A DNA stretch of 64,000 bases from Eubacteriales bacterium (GTDB lineage Bacteria; Bacillota; Clostridia; Oscillospirales; CAG-272), in contig JAZOVF010000030.1 of assembly GCA_045658565.1 (NCBI GenBank), positions 208 to 64,207 on the forward strand, read 5' to 3'. A program made the position numbers and the translations under genes. How positions within the stretch are numbered: the first letter of the stretch is position 1; each line of letters opens with the position of its first letter. Positions 28,101 to 36,605 of this stretch are shown one piece after another. The notes below the pieces were generated by a model, which was given only the letters and a program-made list of their open reading frames with translations, made no database searches and was not told where the DNA came from.

Positions 28101-28615
28101 AGATTGCCGGAATTGTTACCGCAAAGCGCACAAAGCAGGTCAAGGGCGGTGAGCTTATGGCATTTGTTACTCTTGAGGACCGCTTTGCCGAAATTGAGGT
28201 TATAGTTTTTGCAAAACAGTATAAAATGTATTCCGACCTTCTTTCAGAAGAATCTGCGGTTATAATAACAGGTACACTTTCTTCAGAGGATTCTGATGCT
28301 CCAAGACTGCTTTTGTCAACGGCTGAACCGCTTTCTTCAAACGACGAATATTCAAAAATCAAGCAAAAAAACGGAGCAGAACAAAAAGCGGAGGGTGAGA
28401 AGCGTTTGTACATTAAGGTCTCGTCATTATCCGATGAAAGGATACAACGTCTGACAAGAATCTGTGCCCTAAATAGAGGTAATGTTGATGTTGTGCTTTA
28501 TGACGAGAGTTTGAAAAAATATTCTCTTATGAAGGGTGTTTCCGTCAGAGCCGATGACGATGTTTTAAGACGAATTGAGTCTGTTTTCTCTAAAGGAAAT
28601 GTCATTCTTAAGTAG
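25130..28615 (+). CDS. dnaE: DNA polymerase III alpha subunit (DnaE type)
   Basis: 1161 aa. PHP N-terminus FVHLHLHTEYSLLDGA, PDFDIDF catalytic motif, HhH and OB regions. Confidence 0.97.
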   Translation: MGEFVHLHLHTEYSLLDGAARISTIADKALSDGQDAVAITDHGVMYGAVEFYTALKEKGVKPIIGCEVYVAARSRFLKEGKGDSSGHHLVLLCKNAEGYKNLCYMVSESFINGFYSRPRIDMELLKAHHGGLVCLSGCIAGKIPSLILAGAMEEAEDYALEMKDLFGDDFYLEIQNHGLDDERKIAYGIKLISERCGIPMVATNDVHYVERSDAEMQATLLCIQTNNVVTEGRPFGFETDEFYFKTSAEMKVLFGGFKGAIQNTVKIAEKCNFDFEFDKLHLPTFTPEDGTDHFTKLKNDAIRGFETKINDGRIAFVKHTREEYIERINYELSVIEKMGFCAYFLIVSDFVSYAKRNGIPVGPGRGSGAGSLVAFLIGITDVDPMSFDLLFERFLNPERVSMPDFDIDFCYNRREEVIEYVKRKYGDDKVAQIVTFGTLAARAAVRDVGRALGMPYSRVDTVAKLVPFMCQSIDAALTSKELKALYESDTEVRKLLDMSRRLEGMPRHASTHAAGVVITEKPTYEYVPLSYSGTGVVTQFDMNTDARLGLVKFDFLGLRYLTVIHDAEMAIREKNPDFDITKVSFDDKATFNLLCEGKTDGVFQLESGGMKQVLSRLMPSCIEDVIACVALYRPGPMDSIDSFIARKHGREKITYKTEKLKNILDVTYGCIVYQEQVMQICRSLAGYSYARADNVRRAMSKKKESVMKAERQDFVNGAVAGGVSKEVAEDIFEEMLGFAQYAFNKSHATAYGILSYRTAYLKTHYPTEYFAALLTSVLDNNTKVREYILDAQRFGISVLAPDINTSHETFATDGKNIRYGLLAIKNVGRNFARSVIAERSRGRYKSFDGFVTRLIDSDLNKRTLESMIKCGVFDSLGVTRSTLMACFENIVDSEHDKVRNNISGQMDMFSQAVESSSTVGYKYPDVPEYSMRELLSFEKESSGMYFSGQLIDDYTKHIAEISPDSVSQIISDMSEEEMNKERKYRDRSKVKIAGIVTAKRTKQVKGGELMAFVTLEDRFAEIEVIVFAKQYKMYSDLLSEESAVIITGTLSSEDSDAPRLLLSTAEPLSSNDEYSKIKQKNGAEQKAEGEKRLYIKVSSLSDERIQRLTRICALNRGNVDVVLYDESLKKYSLMKGVSVRADDDVLRRIESVFSKGNVILK

Positions 28616-28646
28616 AAGGAAATCTCTTTCTCTCATGTCTTATGTA

Positions 28647-28675
28647 TTGACAATTTAATTTAGTTATATTATAAT
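28647..28675 (+). promoter_or_regulatory. Sigma-A promoter: TTGACA-17-TATAAT upstream of cvpA
   Basis: Read directly: TTGACA 28647-28652, TATAAT 28670-28675. Confidence 0.6.
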
Positions 28676-28706
28676 ACTTATTACGCAATTGTTGAAAGGA
28701 AAAACT

Positions 28707-29393
28707 ATGATACTGGCAATTATAATTGATTTGTTTCTTCTTGGTATAATCGCCTACGGTATTTACTATGGAATAAAAAAAGGCTTTGTTAAGTTGGCAG
28801 AAAAGCCTGTAAAGACTGTTGCATCTCTTGTACTTGCATATACCTGCTGCAGCGGTTTTGGCGCGTGGATAATTGCTCCTCTTATCAGAGGTCCTATAAC
28901 GGGATATATTGGTGATTTTTTATATAAGAATGTACCGAACATTACTCCCGGAACTGCCGTTGATGACCTGCCCACACTTCTTAAAATTGCTGCTGCTGCA
29001 TTTAATATTGACATATCTCCCGTTCAGGATTCGGGTGTTGCGTATGTAGATACCCTTATCGCTACACTTGCAGAGCCTGTTGTTGGTTTTATTGCTGTTA
29101 TAATTGCCGCGATTGCACTTTTCTTTATCGGAAAGCTCTTGTTCACCCTTGCTTTTTATCTTCTTAACAAGTTCTGCAGCGAGGGGCTTCTTGGTAAGAT
29201 CAACAAGGTCTTAGGTATAGTTTTTGGCGCATTTATGTTTGTGCTTACATCTTGGGGTGTGGCTGTGTTTATCTCGGTTATATTCCATCTTCCTATGTTT
29301 GACGGTGTTGAATTTATTTCGGGATTTGAGGGAGGCTTTGTATATCGCTTCTTCAATGCCTTTAATCCTGTTGTGCTTCTTCTTAGTTTTTGA
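28707..29393 (+). CDS. cvpA: CvpA-family membrane protein
   Basis: MILAIIIDLFLLGII..YG..KGF start and multiple TM helices. AAGGAAA RBS. Confidence 0.7.
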   Translation: MILAIIIDLFLLGIIAYGIYYGIKKGFVKLAEKPVKTVASLVLAYTCCSGFGAWIIAPLIRGPITGYIGDFLYKNVPNITPGTAVDDLPTLLKIAAAAFNIDISPVQDSGVAYVDTLIATLAEPVVGFIAVIIAAIALFFIGKLLFTLAFYLLNKFCSEGLLGKINKVLGIVFGAFMFVLTSWGVAVFISVIFHLPMFDGVEFISGFEGGFVYRFFNAFNPVVLLLSF

Positions 29394-29429
29394 TAAAATC
29401 AAATTAAATTAAATTTTAGGTGTGTTTTA

Positions 29430-31724
29430 ATGAATATTCAAGTATGTGCAAGGTGTAAAAAAAGGCCGGCCATGGTCTTTATTACACGCATTGATAACGG
29501 TAATAGCATAAATGAGGGACTTTGCCTTAACTGCGCCTCCGAGCTTGGCATCAAGCCTGTAAATGATATGCTTAAGAAAATGGGCATTGATGAAGAGGCA
29601 ATCCAAGGTATGGCAGCCGAGATTGACGGAATGATGGAAAATGCTCTTGTTGAGTCGGATTCCGACGATACCGAGGGTACTAAGGTGCCCACACTTAATC
29701 TCAGCGAGCTTTTCAGCTCTCCGTTTAAGGCTCAGCCCGATAAGGATAGACCTCAGAAGAAAAAGGGTGACACAAAGTCCGAGCCTCCTTCAAAAAAGCT
29801 TCTTTCCACCTACTGTACAAATCTTAATGCAAAGGCGATCTCGGGTGGTATTGACAGAATTGTAGGCCGCGACAGAGAAATTGAGCGAATGATACAGATT
29901 CTTTGCAGAAGGCAAAAGAACAACCCCTGTCTGATAGGTGAACCCGGCGTTGGTAAAACCGCAATTGTTGAAGAGCTTGCTTCACGAATAGTCAGCGGAA
30001 ATGTGCCTGAGGCTCTGGCTGATTTTGAGATATGGATGCTGGATCTTACAGCCCTTGTTGCCGGAACTCAATTCCGCGGTCAGTTTGAGTCGAGAATTCT
30101 CGGGCTTCTTAAGGAAATAAAGGCTGCCGGAAACATCATTCTTATGATAGACGAGGTGCATAATATTGCAGGAGCAGGCGAGACATCTGACGGCAGTATG
30201 AGTGCCGCCAACCTCTTAAAGCCTGCGCTTTCCAGAGGAGAAATCCGAGTTATAGGCGCAACAACTCTTAAGGAGTACAGAAAGTGTATTGAAAAGGACA
30301 GCGCCCTTGAGCGTCGCTTCCAGCCGGTAAAGGTGGACGAGCCATCGGTTGAGGAAACCGTAGAGATTATTAAGGGAATAAAGTCCTATTACGAGGGCTT
30401 CCACGGTGTTAAAATATCCGATTCTGTTGCACGTCTTGCGGCAACTCTTTCGGAAAGGTATATTACAGACAGATTTCTTCCCGACAAGGCCATAGACCTT
30501 ATTGATGAGGCTTGTGCAAAGGCGGCTCTTCTTTGTCCCGAGCTTAACGAGATGAAGAAGAATGAGAAAAAGCTTAAGGAAATAGATGCCCTTGCCTCAG
30601 AGCTTGAAGCAAAGGTTGAAGTGCCTGAGGGACAGACAGAAGAAAATTACAAGGAGATGGCAGACCTTAAGGTTGAGCGCATCCGCCTTGAAACAAGACA
30701 AAAGATAATTATTCCTGTTGCCGAGTCTTTGGCTTTAACTCCAAACGACCTATATAAGGTAATTGAAATTTGGACCGGTATTCCCGCATCCGAGCTTAGT
30801 GCAGGCGATATCTCGTCACTCAACGGTCTGCATGAGAGAATTTCAGAGCAGATTATAGGACAGGATGAGGCTGTTTCAGCAGTTGTCAGGGCTATAAAGC
30901 GCAGACGTACAGGTGTATCTTACCGCCAGAATCCAGTATCTATGATTTTTGCAGGGCCTACCGGTGTAGGTAAAACAGAGCTTGTTAAGGTTCTTGCAAG
31001 AGATCTCTTTAAGCAGCCCGAGTCGCTTATCAGACTTGATATGTCCGAGTTTATGGAGAAGCATTCGGTTTCACGTATTATAGGTGCTCCTCCCGGATAT
31101 GTAGGATATGACGAGGCAGGACAGCTGACCGAAAAAATACGTCGCAGACCTTATTCTGTTATCCTCTTTGATGAGATTGAAAAGGCGCACCCCGATGTGC
31201 TTAACATTCTTCTTCAGGTGCTTGATGACGGTAAAATAACCGATGCGCAGGGCCGTGAGGTTAATTTCGAGAATGCAGTTATTATAATGACAACTAATGC
31301 AGGAAGCGAAACATCAAGCGGTATAAGCGGATTTGCCGAGCACAGAGAGGTGCAGGCAAAGGATAAGACAGAGAAAGCTCTTTCAACCTTCCTAAGACCC
31401 GAGTTTATAAACCGCATTGATGAGATAATAACCTTCCGTCATCTCGATAAGAGCGATTTTGTAAAAATTGCTGATATTATGATGAAAAAGCTTGAAGCTC
31501 ATATGAGCGAGCAGGGAATAAAATTCATATATACTGCTGAGGTTCTTGAGTTTATAGCCGAGAAGTCCTTCTCCGAAAAATTCGGTGCAAGAAATATGAG
31601 AAGATTTATCGAGCGTGAGGTTGAGGATAAGCTCGCGTCTCTTGTTCTGGATAACTATGAGACAAAGCTGACAGGTGTTTCGCTGTCTATGAGTGACGGT
31701 TCGATAAAATTTGATACAATTTGA
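29430..31724 (+). CDS. clpE: ClpE-type Hsp100/Clp AAA+ ATPase (two AAA modules, N-terminal zinc finger)
   Basis: An exact CX2C-X22-CX2C (CARC...CLNC) at the N-terminus. Walker A GEPGVGKT and GPTGVGKT. Short middle coiled coil. An ISGF loop sits where the ClpP-docking (I/V)GF loop lies. Confidence 0.8.
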   Translation: MNIQVCARCKKRPAMVFITRIDNGNSINEGLCLNCASELGIKPVNDMLKKMGIDEEAIQGMAAEIDGMMENALVESDSDDTEGTKVPTLNLSELFSSPFKAQPDKDRPQKKKGDTKSEPPSKKLLSTYCTNLNAKAISGGIDRIVGRDREIERMIQILCRRQKNNPCLIGEPGVGKTAIVEELASRIVSGNVPEALADFEIWMLDLTALVAGTQFRGQFESRILGLLKEIKAAGNIILMIDEVHNIAGAGETSDGSMSAANLLKPALSRGEIRVIGATTLKEYRKCIEKDSALERRFQPVKVDEPSVEETVEIIKGIKSYYEGFHGVKISDSVARLAATLSERYITDRFLPDKAIDLIDEACAKAALLCPELNEMKKNEKKLKEIDALASELEAKVEVPEGQTEENYKEMADLKVERIRLETRQKIIIPVAESLALTPNDLYKVIEIWTGIPASELSAGDISSLNGLHERISEQIIGQDEAVSAVVRAIKRRRTGVSYRQNPVSMIFAGPTGVGKTELVKVLARDLFKQPESLIRLDMSEFMEKHSVSRIIGAPPGYVGYDEAGQLTEKIRRRPYSVILFDEIEKAHPDVLNILLQVLDDGKITDAQGREVNFENAVIIMTTNAGSETSSGISGFAEHREVQAKDKTEKALSTFLRPEFINRIDEIITFRHLDKSDFVKIADIMMKKLEAHMSEQGIKFIYTAEVLEFIAEKSFSEKFGARNMRRFIEREVEDKLASLVLDNYETKLTGVSLSMSDGSIKFDTI

Positions 31725-31752
31725 TTGTTTTTTAAAAAAGGAGATATAAAAA

Positions 31753-32574
31753 ATGGCAGAATGTACACATGACTGTTCTACCTGCTCGCAGAAATGCTCA
31801 AAAGAGTCCCTTTTGGCTCCTGCAAACAAAGCGAGCAAGATAAAGCATGTCATAGGAGTAGTAAGCGGCAAGGGCGGAGTTGGAAAATCTCTTGTTACCT
31901 CTATGCTTGCGGTAACAATGCAGAGAAGAGGATATCAGGCTGCAATTCTTGATGCTGATATCACAGGTCCCTCTATTCCTAAGTCCTTTGGTCTTAAAAC
32001 CGGCTCGGTTGAGGGAAGCGACCTTGGAATGTTCCCCCCTAAGACAAAGACAGGAATCGAGGTAATGAGCGTTAACCTGCTTGTTGATGACGAAACAAAG
32101 CCTGTTGTATGGCGCGGACCGGTTATTGCAGGAACTGTTAAGCAGTTCTGGAGTGATGTTGTCTGGAACGAGGTGGATTATATGTTCGTGGATATGCCTC
32201 CCGGAACAGGTGACGTTCCTCTTACTGTATTCCAGAGCCTTCCTCTTGACGGAATAATTATAGTTTCCAGTCCTCAGGAGCTGGTTTCTATGATTGTTGA
32301 AAAGGCTGTGAATATGGCTTCTCTTATGAATGTCAAGGTTCTTGGTCTTGTTGAAAACTACAGCTATATTGTATGTCCCGATTGCGGAAAGGTTATAAGA
32401 CCCTATGGCGAAAGCCATATAGAGGAGCTTGCGGCCTCTCACGATACAAAGGTGCTTGCTCAGTTGCCCATCGACCCCTCTCTTGCATCTCTTTGCGACA
32501 AGGGTGTAATCGAGCTGTTTGAGGGAGATTATCTTGAGCGTTGTGCTGACAGCATTGAAGCAGAATTGAAATAA
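31753..32574 (+). CDS. Mrp/NBP35-family Fe-S cluster carrier ATPase
   Basis: SGKGGVGKS deviant Walker A, a CPDCG motif, and an N-terminal Cys-rich CTHDCSTCSQKC. Confidence 0.88.
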   Translation: MAECTHDCSTCSQKCSKESLLAPANKASKIKHVIGVVSGKGGVGKSLVTSMLAVTMQRRGYQAAILDADITGPSIPKSFGLKTGSVEGSDLGMFPPKTKTGIEVMSVNLLVDDETKPVVWRGPVIAGTVKQFWSDVVWNEVDYMFVDMPPGTGDVPLTVFQSLPLDGIIIVSSPQELVSMIVEKAVNMASLMNVKVLGLVENYSYIVCPDCGKVIRPYGESHIEELAASHDTKVLAQLPIDPSLASLCDKGVIELFEGDYLERCADSIEAELK

Positions 32575-32590
32575 TAGAAAAATATTTACA

Positions 32591-32632
32591 CTCCCATAGG
32601 TTTATTAAAAAAACTTATGGGAGATATTTTTT
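32591..32632 (+). terminator. Rho-independent terminator after the mrp-like gene
   Basis: CTCCCATAGG / CTTATGGGAG stem followed by ATATTTTTTT. Confidence 0.65.
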
Positions 32633-32711
32633 TCTATAACATTTTGTGACAAGTTATTTTATTTCATTGTGGTAAAATTGATATGCTCGAATATAAAGAC
32701 CGGAGAGCCTT

Positions 32712-33578
32712 ATGCAAACACTCTACATAGATGTATATTTTCTTGTAAATTTTACTGTTGATTTTCTGGCATTGTATTTTTCTTCAATGTTTTCAAGAGT
32801 TCCGACAACCGCAAAAAGGCTTGTTTTTGCGTCGCTTACAGGTGCTCTTTTTGCATCACTAATGATTTTTTTGCCCGAAATACCGATTTTAAAGCTGATT
32901 TGCTCAACGCTTACCTTGATAATTTGTGCAATCCTCGCTTCAAGCAAGGTGAGCTTTAAAAGGCGTGTTCGGTACTTGATAGCATTTTTGATTTTTGAAG
33001 CGCTTGCGGGTGGAGTTGTCAGCTTTCTATGGGGGATTTTTGACCGATATTTTTACAATTCTTTTTCTTCTATGGAAACAACCCCGGTCAATAGAAAGCT
33101 GCTGTTATTTTCTATTATTGTACTTATTTTTATAGGAGTTTTTAAGATGATTGTTTCCTTTTTTTCTAACATTGCATTCGAGGGGGCTGCAAAAATTGAA
33201 ATTAACTGCTTTAATAAAAAAATAGTAACCGAGGCATTTGTTGACAGCGGAAATCTGGCGATAGACCCAATGGATATGCAACCTATACTTTTTGTAAAAG
33301 AAGAGCTGGCAAGAGATTTTATTCCCGAGGCGATAATAGATCTGAGAGACCCCGATATTTTAGACAGAAATTCAAGAAGAAAAATAAGGCTTATTCCCGT
33401 GTCAAGAGGCGGTGTTACCCATGTTTTAACAGGAATAAAACCCGACTGCGTTAAAATTATAGACGGAGATAATGAAGAGCTGGTATCGGTAACGGTTGCA
33501 ATAGACAAGGAGAAGGGAAGTTACGGAGGATATCTTGCGTTAATTCCCTCGGGGGTTGTAAGTGATGCGAAAATTTAA
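32712..33578 (+). CDS. spoIIGA: Sigma-E processing peptidase SpoIIGA
   Basis: N-terminal TM helices, an FVDSGN aspartic-protease motif, and its position directly upstream of sigE. Confidence 0.9.
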   Translation: MQTLYIDVYFLVNFTVDFLALYFSSMFSRVPTTAKRLVFASLTGALFASLMIFLPEIPILKLICSTLTLIICAILASSKVSFKRRVRYLIAFLIFEALAGGVVSFLWGIFDRYFYNSFSSMETTPVNRKLLLFSIIVLIFIGVFKMIVSFFSNIAFEGAAKIEINCFNKKIVTEAFVDSGNLAIDPMDMQPILFVKEELARDFIPEAIIDLRDPDILDRNSRRKIRLIPVSRGGVTHVLTGIKPDCVKIIDGDNEELVSVTVAIDKEKGSYGGYLALIPSGVVSDAKI

Positions 33579-34281
33579 GGGCATTTTCGCCTTTTTTAAA
33601 AACCTTCGTTCTAAGATAAGAACAAAAATATATAAGAATGAAGTATATTATATAAATGGTAGTGAAATGCTTCCTGCGCCGCTTGAACAAAAAGTGGAAG
33701 AGGAAATGATAAAAAATATAGATAGCCTTGATGCCAGAAGCTCTCTTATAGAGCATAATCTTAGGCTTGTTGCTTATATCGCAAAGAGATTCGAGAATAC
33801 AGGCGCAAATATTGAGGAGCTAATTTCTATTGGTACAGTTGGACTGATAAAAGCAATATCAAGCTTTGATGCAGAAAAGAACATTCGCCTTGCCACCTAT
33901 GCATCACGTTGTATCGAAAACGAGATTCTGATGTTTATCAGAAAAACATCTACTCAAAGAAAAGAAGTATCTATAGATGAGCCTCTCAGCGTTGATTGGG
34001 ATGGAAACGAGCTTTTACTTTCTGACGTTCTTGGCAGCGAAGCCGATACTGTAACCCGCGACATGGAGGAAGAGGAAGAAAGGCGAATAGTAAGGGAGGC
34101 TGTGTCAGGACTTTCGGACAGAGAAAGGCTTATTGTAGAGATGCGGTACGGTCTTTGCTCGGGGCGCGAGCTTACACAAAAAGAGGTCGCTGATGCTCTC
34201 GGCATCTCTCAAAGCTATATTTCTCGCCTTGAAAAAAAGATAATGAGCAGATTACGTAAAAAAATAGAGCAAAAGATTTAA
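33562..34281 (+). CDS. sigE: Sporulation sigma factor SigE (pro-sigma-E)
   Basis: Pro-sequence followed by VYYINGSEMLPAPL...IEHNLRLVAYIAKRFENTGANIEELISIGTVGLIKA...ATYASRCIENEILM, nearly collinear with B. subtilis SigE. Confidence 0.95.
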   Translation: MMRKFKGIFAFFKNLRSKIRTKIYKNEVYYINGSEMLPAPLEQKVEEEMIKNIDSLDARSSLIEHNLRLVAYIAKRFENTGANIEELISIGTVGLIKAISSFDAEKNIRLATYASRCIENEILMFIRKTSTQRKEVSIDEPLSVDWDGNELLLSDVLGSEADTVTRDMEEEEERRIVREAVSGLSDRERLIVEMRYGLCSGRELTQKEVADALGISQSYISRLEKKIMSRLRKKIEQKI

Positions 34282-34299
34282 AAAAATTTAAGAAAACTA

Positions 34300-34328
34300 T
34301 TGCAAAAGAGAAAAATGTGTGTTATAAT
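34300..34328 (+). promoter_or_regulatory. Sigma-A promoter of rpmE: TTGCAA-17-TATAAT with an extended -10 TG
   Basis: Read directly: TTGCAA 34300-34305, TGt 34320-34322, TATAAT 34323-34328. Confidence 0.6.
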
Positions 34329-34369
34329 AGAGTGCAATAAAATGATTATAAATGTAAAGAGGTGTTAAA

Positions 34370-34579
34370 ATGAAGGCCGGAATACATCCCGAATACCAGG
34401 AAGCTACCATCAAGTGTGCTTGTGGCGAGACTGTTAAGACTCACTCTGTTAAGGGTGATTTGAACGTAGAAATCTGCTCCAAGTGCCACCCCTTCTATAC
34501 AGGTAAGCAGAAGTTCGTTGATGCAGGCGGACGTCTTGATAAGTTCAAGAAGCGTCTTGCAATGGTTAACAATAAGTAA
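34370..34579 (+). CDS. rpmE: 50S ribosomal protein L31 (Zn-binding type A)
   Basis: MKAGIHPEY...KCACG...[13 protein letters not shown]. Confidence 0.97.
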   Translation: MKAGIHPEYQEATIKCACGETVKTHSVKGDLNVEICSKCHPFYTGKQKFVDAGGRLDKFKKRLAMVNNK

Positions 34580-34592
34580 TCATTGAACAATA

Positions 34593-34628
34593 AAAGAGCG
34601 CAGGATTTGCTTCCTCGCTCTTTTTGTT
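34593..34628 (+). terminator. Rho-independent terminator after rpmE
   Basis: AAAGAGCG / CGCTCTTT outer stem plus AGGA/TCCT inner stem, followed by TTTTTG. Confidence 0.7.
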
Positions 34629-34645
34629 CTATACGGGAAAAGGAT

Positions 34646-35908
34646 ATGAGTGAAATAGATTTTGTGAAAAGCTATGCGGTTCTTGTCAGTATAGCCGAAA
34701 GCGGCAGCGAGGTTACATCTGTTCAGTCGTCGCTTGACGAGCTTGCAAGACTTCTTGATACAGCCGGAGGAGAGGTTTTTGCCAGAGTTATTCAAGTTAA
34801 AGAGAGCTTTGACCCGCGCACTTGCATTGGCAGCGGTAAGGTAAAAGAAATATCTGAGCTATGCAAGGATAATGCAATAGATCTTGTTGTTTTTGATTTT
34901 GAGCTTTCTCCCGCGCAGATACGTAATCTTGAAGAAGATATTGGAGAGGATGTGCGTGTCATTGACCGCAGCATGCTTATTCTTGATATATTTGCCCTTC
35001 ATGCGGTAACAGGTGAGGGAAAACTGCAGGTTGAGCTTGCCCAGCTTAAATATTCTGCACCAAGGCTTATGGGACACGGTAAGGATATGTCACGTCTTGG
35101 CGGTGGTATCGGTACAAGAGGTCCCGGAGAAACAAAGCTGGAAAGTGATAGGCGTCATCTTAAAGAAAAGGTTGCAATACTTGAGCGCCGTCTTGCCGAG
35201 CTTGAGCATAACAGAGATGTTATGAGAGCGCAGCGGGATAGATCGGGGCTTATTAAAATTGCACTTGTTGGATATACTAATGCAGGAAAATCAACTCTTC
35301 TTAATGCTATGACAGGGGCTGATGTGCTTTCTGAGGACAAACTATTCGCAACCCTTGACCCAACTACCAGAAAGCTTGAGCTTCCAGGTGGCGAAACAGT
35401 ACTTTTAACCGATACGGTTGGATTTGTAAGAAAGCTTCCGCACCATTTGGTTAATGCATTCAAATCAACCCTTGATGAGGTGAGATACGCAGATATTCTT
35501 CTTATTGTATCCGATGTTAATGACCCCGAGGCACAAGAGCATATAGAGGTGGCAGAGTCGGTTATAGAGGAGCTTGGCGCATCTGACAAGCCGAAGCTGT
35601 ATGTTTTTAATAAATGCGATTTATTGCAGGGCAGAATTGCAAACTTTGATTCTGATACAAGAGTTCTTGTTTCCGGTGAGACAAAAGAGGGGCTTGATAC
35701 ACTCCTTTCTCTTATTGAATCGACAATACTGAAATTCAAGCGTAAATACACAATTTTATTACCATATTCCGAGCAGTCTACATTAAGCTTTCTTTATGAT
35801 AACTATTCGGTAGAAAGCGTTGAATACGAGGCTGAGGGAATAAAGATTTGTTCAGTTCTCGATGAGCGAGGCGCAGGTGTTGTAAAAAAATATATTGTTC
35901 AGGAGTAA
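34646..35908 (+). CDS. hflX: GTPase HflX
   Basis: GYTNAGKST (G1), DTVGF (G3), NKCD (G4) and the N-terminal HflX domain. The start MSEIDF at 34646 follows the terminator and an AAGGA RBS. Confidence 0.93.
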   Translation: MSEIDFVKSYAVLVSIAESGSEVTSVQSSLDELARLLDTAGGEVFARVIQVKESFDPRTCIGSGKVKEISELCKDNAIDLVVFDFELSPAQIRNLEEDIGEDVRVIDRSMLILDIFALHAVTGEGKLQVELAQLKYSAPRLMGHGKDMSRLGGGIGTRGPGETKLESDRRHLKEKVAILERRLAELEHNRDVMRAQRDRSGLIKIALVGYTNAGKSTLLNAMTGADVLSEDKLFATLDPTTRKLELPGGETVLLTDTVGFVRKLPHHLVNAFKSTLDEVRYADILLIVSDVNDPEAQEHIEVAESVIEELGASDKPKLYVFNKCDLLQGRIANFDSDTRVLVSGETKEGLDTLLSLIESTILKFKRKYTILLPYSEQSTLSFLYDNYSVESVEYEAEGIKICSVLDERGAGVVKKYIVQE

Positions 35909-35911
35909 GTC

Positions 35912-36529
35912 TTGGAAGGTTATATAACAATAAAAGAACATGCATCCTTTGAATACGAGGATAGAAAATCGGTATTTATTGCCGATGCAATGCCTGTATC
36001 TAGCGAGGCTGATGCACTTTCGTTTTTGGAATATATAAAGAAAAAATACCCCGACGCAAGGCATCATGTATATGCTTATGTTCTTCGTGAAAATTCAATA
36101 ATGCGTTTTTCGGATGACCATGAGCCACAGGGAACTGCCGGAATGCCTGTACTTGATGTTATACGCAAAAACGGCTGTACAGATACCGTAATTGTTGTTA
36201 CAAGATATTTTGGCGGAACGCTGCTTGGAACGGGCGGACTTGTTCGAGCTTATACCTCTGCCGCTCTCGGTGCGCTTAATAAGGCGGGGATTATTAAGTA
36301 TGATATTTACTGTGATGTAGAATTTTCTGTTAGCTATTCCGTCCACGGAAAAATAAATGCCGCATTGTTTTCTGTAGGCTTCAGAACCGATGACACGATT
36401 TTTGGTGCAGATGTAAAGATTATCGGCAGAATAGAGAAGGCGAAGGTCGAAAATCTGCAGGATTTGTTAACAGAAATCACCTCGGGCAGGTGTAAAATAG
36501 ATATTTTGGGCGAAAAATTTGATTTTTGA
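35912..36529 (+). CDS. yigZ: YigZ/IMPACT-family protein
   Basis: ..KS.F.A.A.PV.SE.EA..F...IKKKY.DA.H..YAY...DDHEP.GTAG.P.L motif. TTG start 6 nt after AGGAG. Confidence 0.8.
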   Translation: MEGYITIKEHASFEYEDRKSVFIADAMPVSSEADALSFLEYIKKKYPDARHHVYAYVLRENSIMRFSDDHEPQGTAGMPVLDVIRKNGCTDTVIVVTRYFGGTLLGTGGLVRAYTSAALGALNKAGIIKYDIYCDVEFSVSYSVHGKINAALFSVGFRTDDTIFGADVKIIGRIEKAKVENLQDLLTEITSGRCKIDILGEKFDF

Positions 36530-36605
36530 TTAAATAATAAAAAAATAAAGTGTTTTAAAATTATATTGCGTATATTATTAGCAAAAGGGGAAAGGAGGAG
36601 CTTTT

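Noticed and set aside
29394-29429. A CtsR operator (GGTCAAA direct repeats) upstream of the ClpE-type gene.
   Set aside because: The 36-nt intergenic region contains no GGTCAAA-like heptads.
31798-32442. A 214-aa antisense ORF inside the mrp-like gene. Similar long shadow ORFs occur at 35155-35751 (hflX), 38418-38984 (rpoD), 52498-52962 and 53700-54164 (parC-like), 22439-22819 (recN), 33053-33508 (spoIIGA) and 63363-63854 (dagK-like).
   Set aside because: Each one lies entirely within a confidently identified gene on the opposite strand. They lack RBS/start context and encode compositionally odd peptides. These are typical shadow ORFs.
32633-32711. Spo0A boxes and the unusual sigma-A promoter expected upstream of spoIIGA.
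   Set aside because: I could not find a convincing TGTCGAA-type 0A box or a credible -35/-10 pair by eye (only TTGTGACAAG and GCTCGAA fragments). This is not reportable without a PWM scan.
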